A stretch of 64,000 nucleotides of DNA from an uncultured Verrucomicrobiae bacterium (GTDB lineage Bacteria > Verrucomicrobiota > Verrucomicrobiia > Limisphaerales > Palsa-1400): contig OY969763.1 in NCBI GenBank assembly GCA_963702845.1, forward strand, positions 3,168,001 to 3,232,000, read 5' to 3'. Below the pieces are notes generated by a model. It was not told the DNA's origin, ran no database searches, and saw nothing but the letters and a program-made list of their open reading frames with translations. The translations under genes and the position numbers were made by a program. Shown here in pieces: positions 27,088-40,217 of the stretch (its first letter is position 1; each line of letters starts with the position of its first letter).

Positions 27088-30000
27088 TTACGGGTGGTTC
27101 GAGAACACAGCCGTATTGGTCCGTCCAGGAGTCATGGTGAAGGTCAACGGATTGGCCAGTTGATCAGCCAATGGGCCAGTGCTGTCTGACACGGTCCATT
27201 TCTGGAAGGTAACGAGGTGACCGATTGGCGTGGCCTTTATTGTGTAATTGTGGCCCACCGCCAGCACTGCTGTGTTCGTCGGGTTGCCCCAGTTCTTCGT
27301 GGTCGTGTCAGTCACCGAGGTGATATTGCCAGTTCCACTCTTCGCCAAGGTCAGCGCTTGCGGATTGGCAATGAAGAACACTTTGGTGCCCTTCGCGGTA
27401 TTGGTCGTGTTACCGTCCGAGTCAGTCGCCAAACCCCAGAAGATGTTGGTTCCATCTACCAGGCTCACGTGCGAGAGGAAGAACGCCGGCTTGCCAGCCG
27501 AGGTGTTCGTTCCCGTCAGATCGGTTATCTTCTTCACGAATGTCGCCGGGAACACCGCCTGATTGACGGAGTTGCTGACCCAGGCTGAGACGATTAGACC
27601 TTTATCCACTGCCTTGCCGATGAAGTCGACATCAGGCGCGTGATTGGTTCCGGTCGCATCGAGTGGGACGTCGTTGGTCGTCAACGCGTGTTTGGCCGCC
27701 ATGTCTGTCGGCTTCAACAAGAGCACCACTTTGGGAACTTCGGTGTCTAGAGTGACGGACAGCGTCATGCTGGCCGAGCCAACCGTCGGCGAGTTGTTGC
27801 TCACCGAGCAGGAGTAAACCGCAGCATCAGGAGGGTTCTGAACGTTCACCAGCGAGTAGGTCGAGGTGGTTGCACCAAGGATGGCGTTTCCATCCTTCTT
27901 CCATTGATAGCTCAAGGTCTGCCCAACTGCGCCCTTGGTCACTTTGGCAACGATGGTGTAATTGAAACCAGCCAGCAATGTCTTGGTTGGCGGAGCGATT
28001 ACTACCGTCGGTGCATCGTAAACAGTCAGCGTTCCATTGGCGCTCTGCGCACCAAGGTGGAGGGTGGTGTTGGTGACAACACAGTAGTAGGAGCCGTTAT
28101 TGGCCGGGCCAGCTACGTTGTTGATGATAAGCGTGGCGTTGGTCACAGACGGGACTGTCGCGCTCTTGACCATCTTCTTGGGAGTCGTGGTGCCAGTCTT
28201 GATGAAGTACCATTGATAGCCGAACGGTCCAGTTCCGCCAGCAACGATGCTGTTTGTCGCAGAGGCCTTGGTGGTGACGACCAGGTTGACCGGTTGCACA
28301 ACAACGCTAACGAACGGCGCACAGGAGGCGACAGTTACGACGCGAATCGCGGTCGAAACGTTGGCACCATCGGTTGCCGAGTAGGTCAGCGTATAGGAAC
28401 CAGCAGTGGTGGTGTCAACAATACCGGAGACAGTCGGAGTGATCGGGCCCAGGCAAGCGTCGTTCGCTGTGGCTCCCGGATCAGCGTAAACGCCACCGTT
28501 GAGGCATGCTGAATCGGGGCTGCTGCCGAGGACTGTGATCACAGGCGCTGTCGTGTCAGCGACGTTGACCACGCGGGTCGCGGTGCTGGTCGTGGCGGAG
28601 GCTGTGTCGGTCGCACTGTAGGTCAGCGTGTAGCTGCCAACCGCGTTCGCGTTGACGGAGCCTGAGGTCGAAACGCTGAGCGAGTTGCCGCAAGAATCAA
28701 CGGCGGTCGCACCTGCTTCGGTATATGTGCCATGGCACTCAACAGGCGTCGGGTCAACTCCCAACACGGTGATCACAGCCGAAGAGGCGGTGACGTTGAA
28801 GGTCTGCGTCACGCTTGCGGCCGCGCTATAGGTTGCATTGCCGGCCTGGCTGGCGCGAACGGTGACTGCACCTGTGCCAGTGATATGAACGAGACCGCCG
28901 ACGATGGTAGCGTTGCCGCTATCAATCGAGTAGCTCACAGCAAGGCTGGAGCTGGCAGTTGCACCGGGGTCGAAATCACCGGCGCAATTGAATTTATCAG
29001 CAATGGCGCCGAAGGTAATCGTCTGGCTGGTGCCAGGGGCTGTGCGGATACCAGCGAAGGTGCCGCCGACCGCGGTTGCGATCGTGCTGATTGAGGAGTT
29101 CGCGCCCGTATCAACAACTTTGACGATGTCGTTTGCGTTGTGGACAAAGTTGTCGCCGTTGGTTGCGCCGCCGATTGAGGTTGTCGCATAGACGACCGGG
29201 TTCGCACCATTCCAATCAACGGTCAAACCACGTGAGGCTTGTCCGATACGATAGCTGTAGCTCCAAACGCCACCGGATTTGTCGTAACGTTGGATACCAC
29301 CGATGTCAGGAGCTGAGAAGCCCTGGTCGTCGGAGACATATGCAACCGTTCCAGCCGGATTGACAGCGAAGTCATACAGACCGAAGTCGTTTTGGTTGGT
29401 GGGGCCAACAGGCAGATACCAACCGGTCGTGGTGACTGTCGTGCCGGTGAGCGGCAATCCAGTCAACTTGTAAACACCGTTGCTGCCGTTAGGAGCCGTG
29501 CCAAACACGGTGCTGCTGGAGAACATCAGGTCGCCATTGACAGGTTGCACGACGCGCAGGTTGAAAATGCTCGGGCAAATCTGCACACCGTTGGGGTTGC
29601 CACTGAGGTAGGCTTCAATGCCTGCCGTCGCACCTGCGGTCCAGAAGTTACCGAGACCGTCGCCAGCCGCGGAGCGGATGTTGGTGCCGCTGTGGTTGGT
29701 GCCTCTGGCAGCCAAGGTGTAGTTACCAAGCTTGTCGAGTGTGCCAACGCCGCGGTTAACCGCAATGCCGGTGGAGGTGGCAAGCGTCGGAGCTCCGGAC
29801 AACGCGGTGGCGTAACCGGCGAACACGAGTGAATTGCCGTCAGCAGCTTTGGTCAGCCAGCCTTCGCTCGGGGTGTTACCCGCTTGAATGAGGGAATCAA
29901 CGCCGCTGTTCGGCACTTGATAGCAGCTCACGAGCGAACCAGAAGGCGTGTATTGCAGCAGGAACAATGTGTTGCCGTTTGCGCTACCTACTTCGAGACC

Positions 30001-33000
30001 ATCGCCGCGTTGCAGAACAACGAGGTTGGTTGCGCTAATGGCCTGAGGCGTGGTTTGAGCGATAGCGATTGTTGCAGGGATCGTCGGGCTGGAGCCGAAG
30101 TCGCTGTTCAAGGCGACGGAATATTCACCGGCGTCACTGGCGTCAGCGGAGGTGATACTCAGGGTCGACGTCGTCGAGCCAGAGATGCGGCCGCCGTCGC
30201 TCAGAGGATTGCCGTTCTTGCTCCAGGCGAAGGTCATGCCTGTGCCAGCAGCGGAGACGCTGACAGTCAGAGTCGTGCCTGCAACCACGATGTGGCTGGC
30301 CGGTTGAATCGTAACGACAGGATCGTAGACGAACAAGACAGCTTGATAGGTCGGACCTGAATCGGTCGAACCACCGGCGTTGCTGACGACGCAATGATAC
30401 GAACCGTCGTCGCCACCGAGAACTCCAGCCAGGGTAAGGATGGAAGTCGTCGCACCAGCAACGGTCGCGCCGTTGAGATGGGAGCCATTGGACAGGTTGG
30501 CCGCGCCGTGTTTCCATTGATAGGTCAACACGCCGCTGTCATCGGTTGCACCGATGGCGATGCTGCGTGTGCTACCGGCGTTGTTAGTGACGGTACCGGA
30601 GGGGTTGATCACAGTGATGCTTGGCGCAGCCGGTGTATTCACTGTGATACTGCCCGCGCTGCTGGTTCCACCGAAACCGTTGGTGATACCAACGTAGTAG
30701 TTACCAGTGTCACCGATGACAACGCCAGTGATGGTCAATGTAGAGGTGTCGCCACCAGGGTTGGTGGAGATCGCATAACGACCGCCAGCGCTGATCGGAC
30801 CGCTTGGACCAGCCCATGAGAAGGTATAGGGCGATGTTCCGGTGACGGTGACAGACATGCTGACCGTTTGTCCGGCGAAGCTTGGGTCGTGGTCAGGTGT
30901 GACATCAAAGAACACTGTGGGCGGCTGGCCTGCAGGATTAACTGTCAGGGTCGCGCTCGCGCTAGCCGCACTGCCTTGAGCATTGCTGACTTCGCAGTGG
31001 ATTTGCGTATTATTGTCGCCCAACTGAGCATTGCTGAAGGTATACGAGTCAGTAAGGATACCGGGCGTATGAGTCGCGAGGGTGGCACCGAGACCGTTTT
31101 TCCAGACGTAAGTTAAACCGCTCGTGCTGGTTCCCGATGCCAGGGTAATACTGAACGCGGCATCGTTACCTTCCGTAACAGCAGTCGCTTGAGGCTGGAC
31201 TGTGACGACCGGTGCGCCGAACGGAGCGAACTTGATTCCGTGGAAGGAATAGAAGCTTCCTGCCGTCGCGATGGTCGTGCCGACCGCGCTCGATCCGGTA
31301 TCGATAATCTTCACGATCGAGTTGTTGACGTTGTTCGCGCCGCCGTCATTAACTGTGCAATATAGGATTGGATTTGCTCCGCTGTAGTCCACAGCCATAT
31401 CGAACGGTCCAATGTTCGTGCTGATGGTGTTGGTCAACGCATATTGGAAAGTCCAGGCGCCGCCGGATTTGGTGTATTTACGAGCGCCACCTGTGCTGGT
31501 GCCGACTGCGTTAGCGTCACCCATATAGATGGTGTTGCCGTCCGGGCTCATCGACAGACCCCATGGGCTGCCGCCGGTATTGGTAGCCATCAAGGTCGCG
31601 GCCGAAGTGGTGGTCGGAAGACCCGAGAATTGCAGCGCGCCAGTACCCGCTCGAGGCACTGCTTCTCCACAGATTACCGTCAGGCATCACATAGCAACCG
31701 CGGGAGTTAATTGCATCAACCGCCACGCCGGTGTTCATGTAGCAGGTGCCGGTGGCGAGGGTCGCCCAGAAATTACCGGAATTATCACCAGTGCCGCCAC
31801 GGATGTTGCTGGCCTGGCCAGCAGTCAAAGTATATTGGATGCTGAAATTACCAGCGGAGTCGAGGGTCGCAATACTGCGGCGACCATTTGCCGCCGTGGA
31901 GGCAGCGACGTTGGTCACGGACAATGCGTTCGCGTTGTATCCGACGATGACCAACTTATTGGTATCGGGGGTGGTGGAGATCCAGCCTTCACCGAAAGCC
32001 TGTCCGGCAACTGTCAGAGCGAGATCACCGGTTGTCGGCAACGGAATCGCTTGAACCAAACTACCCGTTGTATCGAATTCAACGATGGACAGCGGGTGGT
32101 TGGAAGTGGTCAGGGAGGTTGCGCCATCACCTAAGCGCCAGACGACCAAGTGACCCTTGGTCAGGTTCTGGGTGAGGCTAAGCTGCGAAGTCGATGTCTT
32201 AACAGTGACGACAGAAACCGAACTGGTGACGGAGTTACCATTGTAACCAGTCGCAATTAAAGTATAGGAACCGCTGTCGCTGATGGTCACGGGAACGCTA
32301 AACGTACTCGCGGTCGCGCCAGGATAGTTGACGCCATTTTTCTGCCAACGATAGGTAATCGGAGCTGTACCAGTAGCGGCACCAATCAGGACGGGGATGT
32401 GACCAGCGCGAACTTCCACTGCGGCAGCAGGGTTAGTGCTGATCAAGGGATCAGTCACGTTCAGGACAAATGCCGAGCTGGTTGTTGCGCCTGCATTGTT
32501 GGTGGCGACGAGCGTATAAGAACCCGCATCAGCACCGAAGACGCCAGTCAAAGTCAACGTTGCCGTTGTCGAGCCTGCGATCGCCGCGCTGGTATTGGCG
32601 ACGGCAGCGACATCGGTCAAATTGCCCGCGTTATGCTTCCACTGATAACCGCCAGTAGCACCGGCGAATGTGCCGGTGATGGTCACTGTTGAATTAGCAT
32701 TCGAAGTTACAGGGCTGGCTGGGGTGAAGCTGGTAAATGTTGGCGGAATTGCCGAAACGTTGATGGTTCCGGAATCTACGGAAGTCAATCCACCGACAGC
32801 GGCATCAATCACAGCAGAACCGACGTTATTCGGATGGAAAACAGCACTCTTATTGTTGCCGGCAGGAACGAGGTCGCCACTAACAACCGCACCGGAGAGG
32901 CTAAGCAATGACCAGGTCGCATCCGGTGTATTTGTGAGGAAGTTATTACCGCCATCACGCTCGATCGCGTACACAGTCAAGTTTGCGCCGCCTTGAGAAA

Positions 33001-34051
33001 TCGTTTGGCCGGAAACGACGGTGCCGGAACCATCAGCCGCAGTCTCAACTCGAACCTGCGTCGGAGAACCAAGCTGAACCGTTACGGTTCCAGAATCAAC
33101 TGATGTCAAACTTCCGGCGGTGACACGGATCGTCGCCGTGCCGGTATGATTGCCAGTAAACACCGCACTGCGCCCGTTGCCAGCAGCGACGAGGTCGCCG
33201 TCCACAATGTTCCCGGTCTTATTGACCAACGACCATGTGGCGGTGTCATTGAGGAAGAAAGCATTACCGCTATCACGAACAATGGTGAAAAGAGTAACTG
33301 AACCGCCGACATTCATCGTCGTCCCCGCGTACGCACTGCCAGCAGAACCATCGGCGGCGGTTTCAGGCTGGATCGACGAACCGCAAGCGTTCAAGGTGCT
33401 GGTGCTGTTTTTGAGGGCACCTGCCACTGTTACAACAGCGAAATCGAGCTTGTTATTGTCCGTGTCAGTGCAACCGCCGTTCAAGCGCTGAATCTCCTGA
33501 GTGTTGGAGTTAATTGTTGCGTCGTTTGCCGAGCCGCCTTCAGCGGCATTGGCGGTAGCTCCATAGCCGATAAAATCAACGATGTTGGCGGCGCCCTGGG
33601 GATCTATGATAGCTCCGGGACCAGTGGCGCTGCTAAAAAGGCCGACTTTGGCCGCCGTTGCAGAAGAGTTAAATGTGCCGGTGGCATCAGCGGCCAGAGG
33701 CAGTGCTACGCCGCCACTCGCTGTCGTGCTGCCGGAAATCAGGTAATAACCATACCCTTGGATGGTAGCACCAGCTCCGCCAGTCCAGGCGGCTGCCCAA
33801 CTGGTGCCCGTGGCACTTGCGGCCTGGAGCGTATAGCCCTGAATGCTCTTCGCAGTTGCGCTGCGATTGAACAACACCACAAACTTCTGGTTGTAGGTTG
33901 AGCCAACGGAGCTCGAAGGACACACCTGAGCGATAACCACGTCAGGTGACAGAGGCGTCGCCCAAGCGCTGATTAGGGACAGGCAAGTTAAAATAAGGGT
34001 TACAACAGCGGCGCGACAACTGCGCCAAGCGAGGTTAGTTGAGGTGTTCAT
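27088..34051 (-). CDS. Giant secreted surface protein (~2320 aa): lamin-tail domain, Ig domains, two propeller-like domains, DUF5011-like repeats; +1 frameshift at ~31647
   Basis: Signal peptide; YQW.K....L.......D.G.Y Ig motifs; duplicated LVV..RGDG...NIR domain; removing one G joins SSASS-GTGALQFSGLP. Confidence 0.88.
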
Positions 34052-34389
34052 AATGCGGGTGGAGGTTTACTATGGACTTTTTCTACTTACTGCTTCTTTC
34101 TTGGTTTTTGTTTGGAAATTTTTTCCAGCGCTTTATTACTCGAGTGATGCGCCGATCAAAGGACTAATGTGTAACAATTGCGCAACAAAGCTGCTGGTTA
34201 GCAGTGCGCGAGGCTGAAGGGAAAGTGCGAAACTTCCTTTTACCATCAAAGTCATATCAATTCTAGCGGTCGGGGCGAATGCGTAATACTTCTCTTCTGT
34301 GTAGTGCGCCTATCTTTCCAGCTTTTCCCTGACGAGGTCAATAGAAAAAGTTACTTATTGACTGATTTTTGAAGAAAGAACGAAAACTA

Positions 34390-34403
34390 ATGACTTAAGT
34401 CAT
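34390..34403. promoter_or_regulatory. Perfect 14-bp palindrome, candidate operator
   Basis: ATGACTTAAGTCAT in AT-rich DNA upstream of the 34051 gene. Confidence 0.4.
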
Positions 34404-34481
34404 AAGTATTACCATATCTAGTGGTAGCGAGGCGCACTTACACAAAATTGTGACTGCAGTGACTCCGCGAAACCTAGGCAT

Positions 34482-36497
34482 TTAAGGCACCCCTTGATCG
34501 AGCAACTTAAGAGCTTCCTTGGCTTCTTGGGATTTGGGGTCGAGTCGTAACGCTTCGTTAACGTGCTTTCGCGCTTCTTCGTTCTTTCCGTGCATCGCAA
34601 GAAGCAGGCCCAACTGCAACTGCGTATCGGCATCTCCGGCGAACAACTCAACGGAGCGCTCGTAGTGCGCAAGGGCACCATCAATATCTTGTAACGTTAC
34701 GAGTGCCTTTCCCAGATTCGCGTGTGCGATCGCACTTGCGGGATTTAATTGGAGAGCCTTCCGATAAGCCTGCGCCGCGCGCTCCATTTGTCCAGTCTTG
34801 TCGTAGCAAACCCCCATATCGAGATAGATAGCAAATGACTTTGGATTAGAGTTCGCCGCCTGTTCGTAATGTGACATAGCTTCGTCGTAGCGCTTCAGTC
34901 GGCAAAGGGCGTCAGCAAATCGGTATTCCGCCCTCCATAAATCAACCTTCTCCATGTGACCGGGATTCTGAAGGCCCAGACGAAACTGTTCGACAGCTTC
35001 CGGTAATTGCCCCACTTCCACAAGCTCTTCGGCAACTGCCGCTCTCGCAAAAAAATTATCAGGTTCCTTAGCAAGGGCAGCTCGGTATTGCTCGATCGAG
35101 TCCTTGTGATGGCCTAACAACGAATCGATCGTCCCCATATTGACGTGTGCCATCACGTAATCCGGCTTGAGATTGAGCGCCTGAGTGCATTGCTCTTTCG
35201 CTTTTGGAAGATTTTGATGTAGCACGTAATAGTGGGCGAGGTTGTTATGCGCGAGAGCGGAGGCCGGCGAAATCTTCAACACGCGGATAAACACCACCTC
35301 AGTATCCTTCCAGTATAGGATTTGCGCGCGGGTCATAATGGCAAGGAGAACAACGGCGGCGAGAATTGCGAAACCGGAAATCCAACGCGCTCCAGCAACC
35401 CGCGCCAGTATTTCGGAAAAACCCCAAACCACCAGCATTGCGATTCCGATCGACGGCACATACGAATAACGATCAGCCATGCACTGGTCACCCACCTGAA
35501 CCAGGCCGATGACAGGAACCAGCGTCCCTAAATACCAGAGCCAACCAACCAAGAGATAACGTTTTGACCGGCCGTAGAACACGAGCATCCATGTAACAGC
35601 AGCTAGAAATAATATCGCGAGCAGCACTTGCCAAACAGGCCATGGTGTCAGACGCAAATACAGAGGGGCAAGGCTGTCAGGCCAAAACATCTTTCCCAGA
35701 TAACGGACGTACGACACCAGCGCATTTCCAATTCGATATCCGAACGATAATCGAAATGTTCCTTCCATCGCGCCGATGTTTCGTTGAGCAAGAAAAGTTG
35801 CAATGCTGAGTCCCGCGCTCAGAGCGAATAATGGGATTTTTTCGCGCAGCCGTTTCGGAAAATTATCCAGGCGGCGCAACGGCCAGTGATCCAGCAGAAG
35901 CAAGACGAACGGCAAGGTGACCACCATCGGCTTGGACATGACTGCAAGGCAGTAAAGCACAATGATAAGCGAATATTTCCAGAACCCGGGCCTTTTCACC
36001 CATTCGAAGTACGCTCCTATTGTCAGCAAAAAGAACAGCGTGCTTAAAACATCTTTTCTTTCGGCAACCCAGGCGACGGATTCAACTCTTAACGGGTGGA
36101 TCGCAAACAACACAGCGACGGCTGCGCTTCTCCAGATGTTTCCGGTTGCGTCGCGCAATAAAAAGAAAAGCACCAGGGTGTTGGCAGTGTGGATCAATAA
36201 ATTGGTGAAGTGGTGCATCGACGGATTCAGCCCGAACCACGTGCAGTCCAACATATGAGATAACATTGTGACTGGATGCCAATTTCCCAAGACACTGTGC
36301 GTAAAGGCCCACTGAATGTTTGCCAACGTCAACCCTGTGAAAACGTGACGATTTTCAATCACCAAAAAACTGTCGTCGTAATTCAGAAACTGGCACTGCA
36401 TCACGCGCCAAAAGGTCATCCAGATAACCAGCGCCAACCCGGCAGCAATCCCACAACTGAGCCAATCGAGGGCGCGACCTTTTTCAACGCTGTGCAT
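34482..36497 (-). CDS. TMTC-like GT-C membrane glycosyltransferase with C-terminal TPRs, paralog 1
   Basis: NYDD loop, [31 protein letters not shown], ~10 TM then TPRs. Confidence 0.88.
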   Translation of the reverse strand: MHSVEKGRALDWLSCGIAAGLALVIWMTFWRVMQCQFLNYDDSFLVIENRHVFTGLTLANIQWAFTHSVLGNWHPVTMLSHMLDCTWFGLNPSMHHFTNLLIHTANTLVLFFLLRDATGNIWRSAAVAVLFAIHPLRVESVAWVAERKDVLSTLFFLLTIGAYFEWVKRPGFWKYSLIIVLYCLAVMSKPMVVTLPFVLLLLDHWPLRRLDNFPKRLREKIPLFALSAGLSIATFLAQRNIGAMEGTFRLSFGYRIGNALVSYVRYLGKMFWPDSLAPLYLRLTPWPVWQVLLAILFLAAVTWMLVFYGRSKRYLLVGWLWYLGTLVPVIGLVQVGDQCMADRYSYVPSIGIAMLVVWGFSEILARVAGARWISGFAILAAVVLLAIMTRAQILYWKDTEVVFIRVLKISPASALAHNNLAHYYVLHQNLPKAKEQCTQALNLKPDYVMAHVNMGTIDSLLGHHKDSIEQYRAALAKEPDNFFARAAVAEELVEVGQLPEAVEQFRLGLQNPGHMEKVDLWRAEYRFADALCRLKRYDEAMSHYEQAANSNPKSFAIYLDMGVCYDKTGQMERAAQAYRKALQLNPASAIAHANLGKALVTLQDIDGALAHYERSVELFAGDADTQLQLGLLLAMHGKNEEARKHVNEALRLDPKSQEAKEALKLLDQGVP

Positions 36498-36578
36498 TTG
36501 AGCCTATAAAGTAGGGATGGATTTTTTCGCTAACAAGCTTAACCGTGAACATCTGGTTTCCCGATGTCTTGCTTGGAG

Positions 36579-38160
36579 TTATTTCTCTTCGTGATATCCA
36601 GTCTCGGTATTGATCGACCAGAGATTATCTTTGGTCGAGATATTCTGGATGATATTGTCGACTGCCGTCATCGCTGTGAGCATTGAGTGGTCTTGATTGT
36701 TGTAGCGATGCATGCCATTGCGCCCGATCAGGAAAAGGTTTTCGAATCTGTCGGTGAAAGCGCGAATCTCGTGGAACCGATCATACTGTACCCCAATACG
36801 CCGGATACGTTTTAGGAACCCTTACAACTGTGCCGTCGAGGAAATCTTCCGCATCGATAAAACCTAGTTGGACCAACTCGCGCTTCGCGAACTCAATCAT
36901 CTTATCCCGGGGCAACTCCCACAAACTATCACCTTCGTTGCAGAAGTATTCCAAACCGATCCAAATCGTTTCTGCATTTTTCACCAGATATGGGCTCCAG
37001 TTATTGAAGACCTGTATCCGTCCTACTTTGACGTCTGGTTCCTGCACATAGATCCAGTTATCGGGAATCAGGTCTCCCCCATTATGGGTGGTTGTGTTCT
37101 TAACCTTCAGTTTTTTTAGCAGCAGACCAACAGTGATGAAGTCTCGATACACCAGGCCATTGGCAATCGTCTGGATTTCTCGAGGAGCCGAGTCCTCCAT
37201 GCATTGGATAAGATCCCGGACCGGCATCGACGAAAAAAAATAATCTCCCGCAACGGAATTTTGTGTCCCGTTGACGATATCAGTGACTTGCAGCGAACCG
37301 ACGCGTGCGCCATTGCATTCAATGTGAGATGCTTTCTGGTTAAAATGAATCTCGCCGCCGCGCTTTATCACCTCGTTAGCTACTTCTTCCCAAAGTTGCC
37401 CGGGGCCGAACTTCGGATATAGAAAACGCTCGATGAGACTCGTCTCCGTTGACGATTGCGCGATGGAACTGTCGCGAGTGAACGATTTTTTTGATGCATC
37501 TTTCAATGTCGACCAGACGGACAAACCTTTGATGCGTTGGGCCCCCCACTCTGCTTTTATCTGATGGCAAGGCACCCCCCAGACTTTTTCGGTGTAATCC
37601 TTGAAGAACGTTTCGTAAAGAACGCGACCAAAGCGGTTGATGAAGAAGTCTTCCAATGAGCGCTCTGGCCTGATCGGCACCAGGCGTGCACGGATGTAGC
37701 TGGCAAGGATACGGAATACTCGAACTACCCCGAGGAGCCTCAATGTTTCGAAACTCAATGAGATGGGATATTTGAAAAATTTCCGCAGATAAAAGATTCG
37801 CGAAAACCTGCGACGCACCAGCATAACTTTGTCCGTCTGCTCCGGGTCAGGCCCGTTTTGGTTCAGGACAACGTCATGTTGCTGTTGTTGATACCTGATT
37901 GAGACGTTGCCATCCTCAATGCCGCCCTGTAGAGGCAAAATCTGGTCCCACCATTTCATCACGCGTTCGGATTTGGAAAAAAAACGGTGCCCGCCGATGT
38001 CCATTCGATTGCCTTTGTATTGAATTGTCCGCGCCAACCCCCCGACCCCTTCACCTGCTTCGAAAATGATCGGAATAATGTCTGTTCGTTGGACCAATTC
38101 ATAAGCCGCAGTCAAACCCGCCGGGCCCGCCCCAATGATGATTGCTCGCCGACGGCTCAT
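36579..38160 (-). CDS. FAD-dependent oxidoreductase (COG1232/UDP-galactopyranose-mutase-like); +1 frameshift at ~36786
   Basis: [22 protein letters not shown]; corrected tail YWGT-YDRF...[19 protein letters not shown]...YHEEK*. Confidence 0.88.
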
Positions 38161-40175
38161 TTCGATTGAACTCCAGATTTTTGTTCGTGCCGTGAAGCAG
38201 CGATCTCTTCGAGAGCTTCCTTTGCTTCTGATGCGCTCGGATTCAACCGTAACGCTTCGCGCAAATGTTTTTCGGCCTCTGGAAAGTTGTTATTCAATGC
38301 TAGCAATAACCCAAACTGCGTTTGTATATCCGGATTCCCAGGAAAGAGCTCAATGGAACGCGAGTAGTGGCCGATACCTTCATTAACGTGATTTAGGACC
38401 ACCAAAACCTTGCCCAGACACGCGTGGGCCAAAGCATTGTTCGGATTAATACGCAATGCCTCCCTAAACGCCTGGGCTGCGTCATCATTTTTACCTAACT
38501 TCTCATAGCAAACCCCCAACCCCGTCCGTGTGTCCGAGATTTCAGGGCCAAGTTCTACCGCGCGCAGGTAATGCGTCAACGCTTCCTCAAACCTACCTGC
38601 ATCCGCCAGTGAATGCGCCCAGTTGATTTCAGGGTTTGCCCAACGAGGTTTCAGTCGCAACGCGGCTTCAAATTCAGCTGCTGCCTCAGACATATGCCCC
38701 TTGAGCGCGAGTTCTGCCCCAAGATTGTTATGCGCATCGGGGTACGACGGAACAACACGCAATGCATGTTCAAAATGCTCTATAGCGTCTTTGTGCTGTC
38801 CTCGACGAGATTCGATAGACCCGAGCAAGTTGTGACCAATGTAGTTGTCGGAGCATGCCGTCACCATGCTGGTGTACAGTCGTTCACTATTTTCCCAAAT
38901 TCCTACCTGCTGCCTGCTCAATACGATCAATCCTGCCGTTACGGTAGCTACGATGGCGCCGGCAAAACTTGCGATCCACCGCCCCCCCGCGAGGAATGCA
39001 CCCGCACCCCAAATCATGGCGATAAGAAACCCGATGCATGGAATATAGGTGAAGCGATCGGCCTGAGCCTGCACGCCGACAGGAACAAATCCGATCACCG
39101 GCACTAGGGTTCCTAGAAACCAAAACCATCCAACCGCGATGAATGGTTTCCGGCGCAATCGCACCGCGACCAGTGTAACAGCTACCAGCAACGCAAACGC
39201 CATCCCAATATGGAACCAATTGAGAACTTTTGGCAAATCGACGCGAGGCGCAAGTTCGAACGGCCAAACTAACTCCCGCAAGTAAAGAACGTACGATGTT
39301 GCTACATCGCCAAGTCGCCCAAGATAGGAATAGGTTTGGACAGAATAAATATTTCCCTGCGTCCGTCCCAAACTCGATGCCACCACTGAGGTTACGGCAC
39401 TCATCACGAACAACGGGATCTTCTCGACTATCAGTCGTCCGAGAAGGCGTACAGCGTCTTTGCTCCCTCCTACAGACGTGTCAGAAGTTGTCGCCAAATT
39501 TCCGGGGAATCTTCGAAGAGGCCAATAATCCAATAAGAGTAAGACGAATGGAGCCGTCACCGCCATTGGCTTAGACATCAATGCTCCCGCATATAAAAGC
39601 AGCGTTGCGACGTAGTAAACCAACTTCGACTTCTTTACCCATGCTGCGTAACTCCAAATCGTCAGGAGATAGAAAAGAGCACACAGCAAGTCTTTGCGCT
39701 CTGCTACCCAAGCCACGGACTCAACGCGAAGCGGATGGACTGCGAAAAGTAGTGCCACAAACGCACTCCGCCATATCGCCCCAGTGAGAGACCGTAATAG
39801 AAAAAATAAAACAATGCTGTTGATTGCGTGCAAAACAACATTTACGAGATGATGGGGGCCGGCATTCAACCCAAACAGCTGCACATCCAAGGCGTGTGAC
39901 AGCATGCTCAGGGGATGCCAATTCGATGCAGCCGTGCCGGTAAAGGTCCACTTCACGGTTTCCCACGTCAGCCCCTGCTGGATATGCGGATTCGAGTAGA
40001 CGTATTCAGGATCATCGATTGAAACGAAATCGAAGTGAATGGTCGGCCAATAGATCACCCAAGTGCAACCAATCAATACCGCAACGATAAAAATGGGGGT
40101 AAAGACCGATGAACTGAAGATAGTCGGTTTGCGGTTCAAGCCGTGAAAAGCAAGGCTAGCAACAGCGTGTCTCAA
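38157..40175 (-). CDS. TMTC-like GT-C membrane glycosyltransferase with TPRs, paralog 2
   Basis: [31 protein letters not shown], TPRs; overlaps the oxidoreductase start by 4 nt. Confidence 0.88.
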   Translation of the reverse strand: MRHAVASLAFHGLNRKPTIFSSSVFTPIFIVAVLIGCTWVIYWPTIHFDFVSIDDPEYVYSNPHIQQGLTWETVKWTFTGTAASNWHPLSMLSHALDVQLFGLNAGPHHLVNVVLHAINSIVLFFLLRSLTGAIWRSAFVALLFAVHPLRVESVAWVAERKDLLCALFYLLTIWSYAAWVKKSKLVYYVATLLLYAGALMSKPMAVTAPFVLLLLDYWPLRRFPGNLATTSDTSVGGSKDAVRLLGRLIVEKIPLFVMSAVTSVVASSLGRTQGNIYSVQTYSYLGRLGDVATSYVLYLRELVWPFELAPRVDLPKVLNWFHIGMAFALLVAVTLVAVRLRRKPFIAVGWFWFLGTLVPVIGFVPVGVQAQADRFTYIPCIGFLIAMIWGAGAFLAGGRWIASFAGAIVATVTAGLIVLSRQQVGIWENSERLYTSMVTACSDNYIGHNLLGSIESRRGQHKDAIEHFEHALRVVPSYPDAHNNLGAELALKGHMSEAAAEFEAALRLKPRWANPEINWAHSLADAGRFEEALTHYLRAVELGPEISDTRTGLGVCYEKLGKNDDAAQAFREALRINPNNALAHACLGKVLVVLNHVNEGIGHYSRSIELFPGNPDIQTQFGLLLALNNNFPEAEKHLREALRLNPSASEAKEALEEIAASRHEQKSGVQSK

Positions 40176-40217
40176 ATCAAAGGTGATAATTAGGTTGCAC
40201 GTTACGCTGCCGTTCTA

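Noticed and set aside
31640..31660. Programmed frameshifting or phase variation in surface-protein genes
   Set aside because: Only 1-3 nt runs at the sites, and the same +1 error also occurs in an enzyme gene
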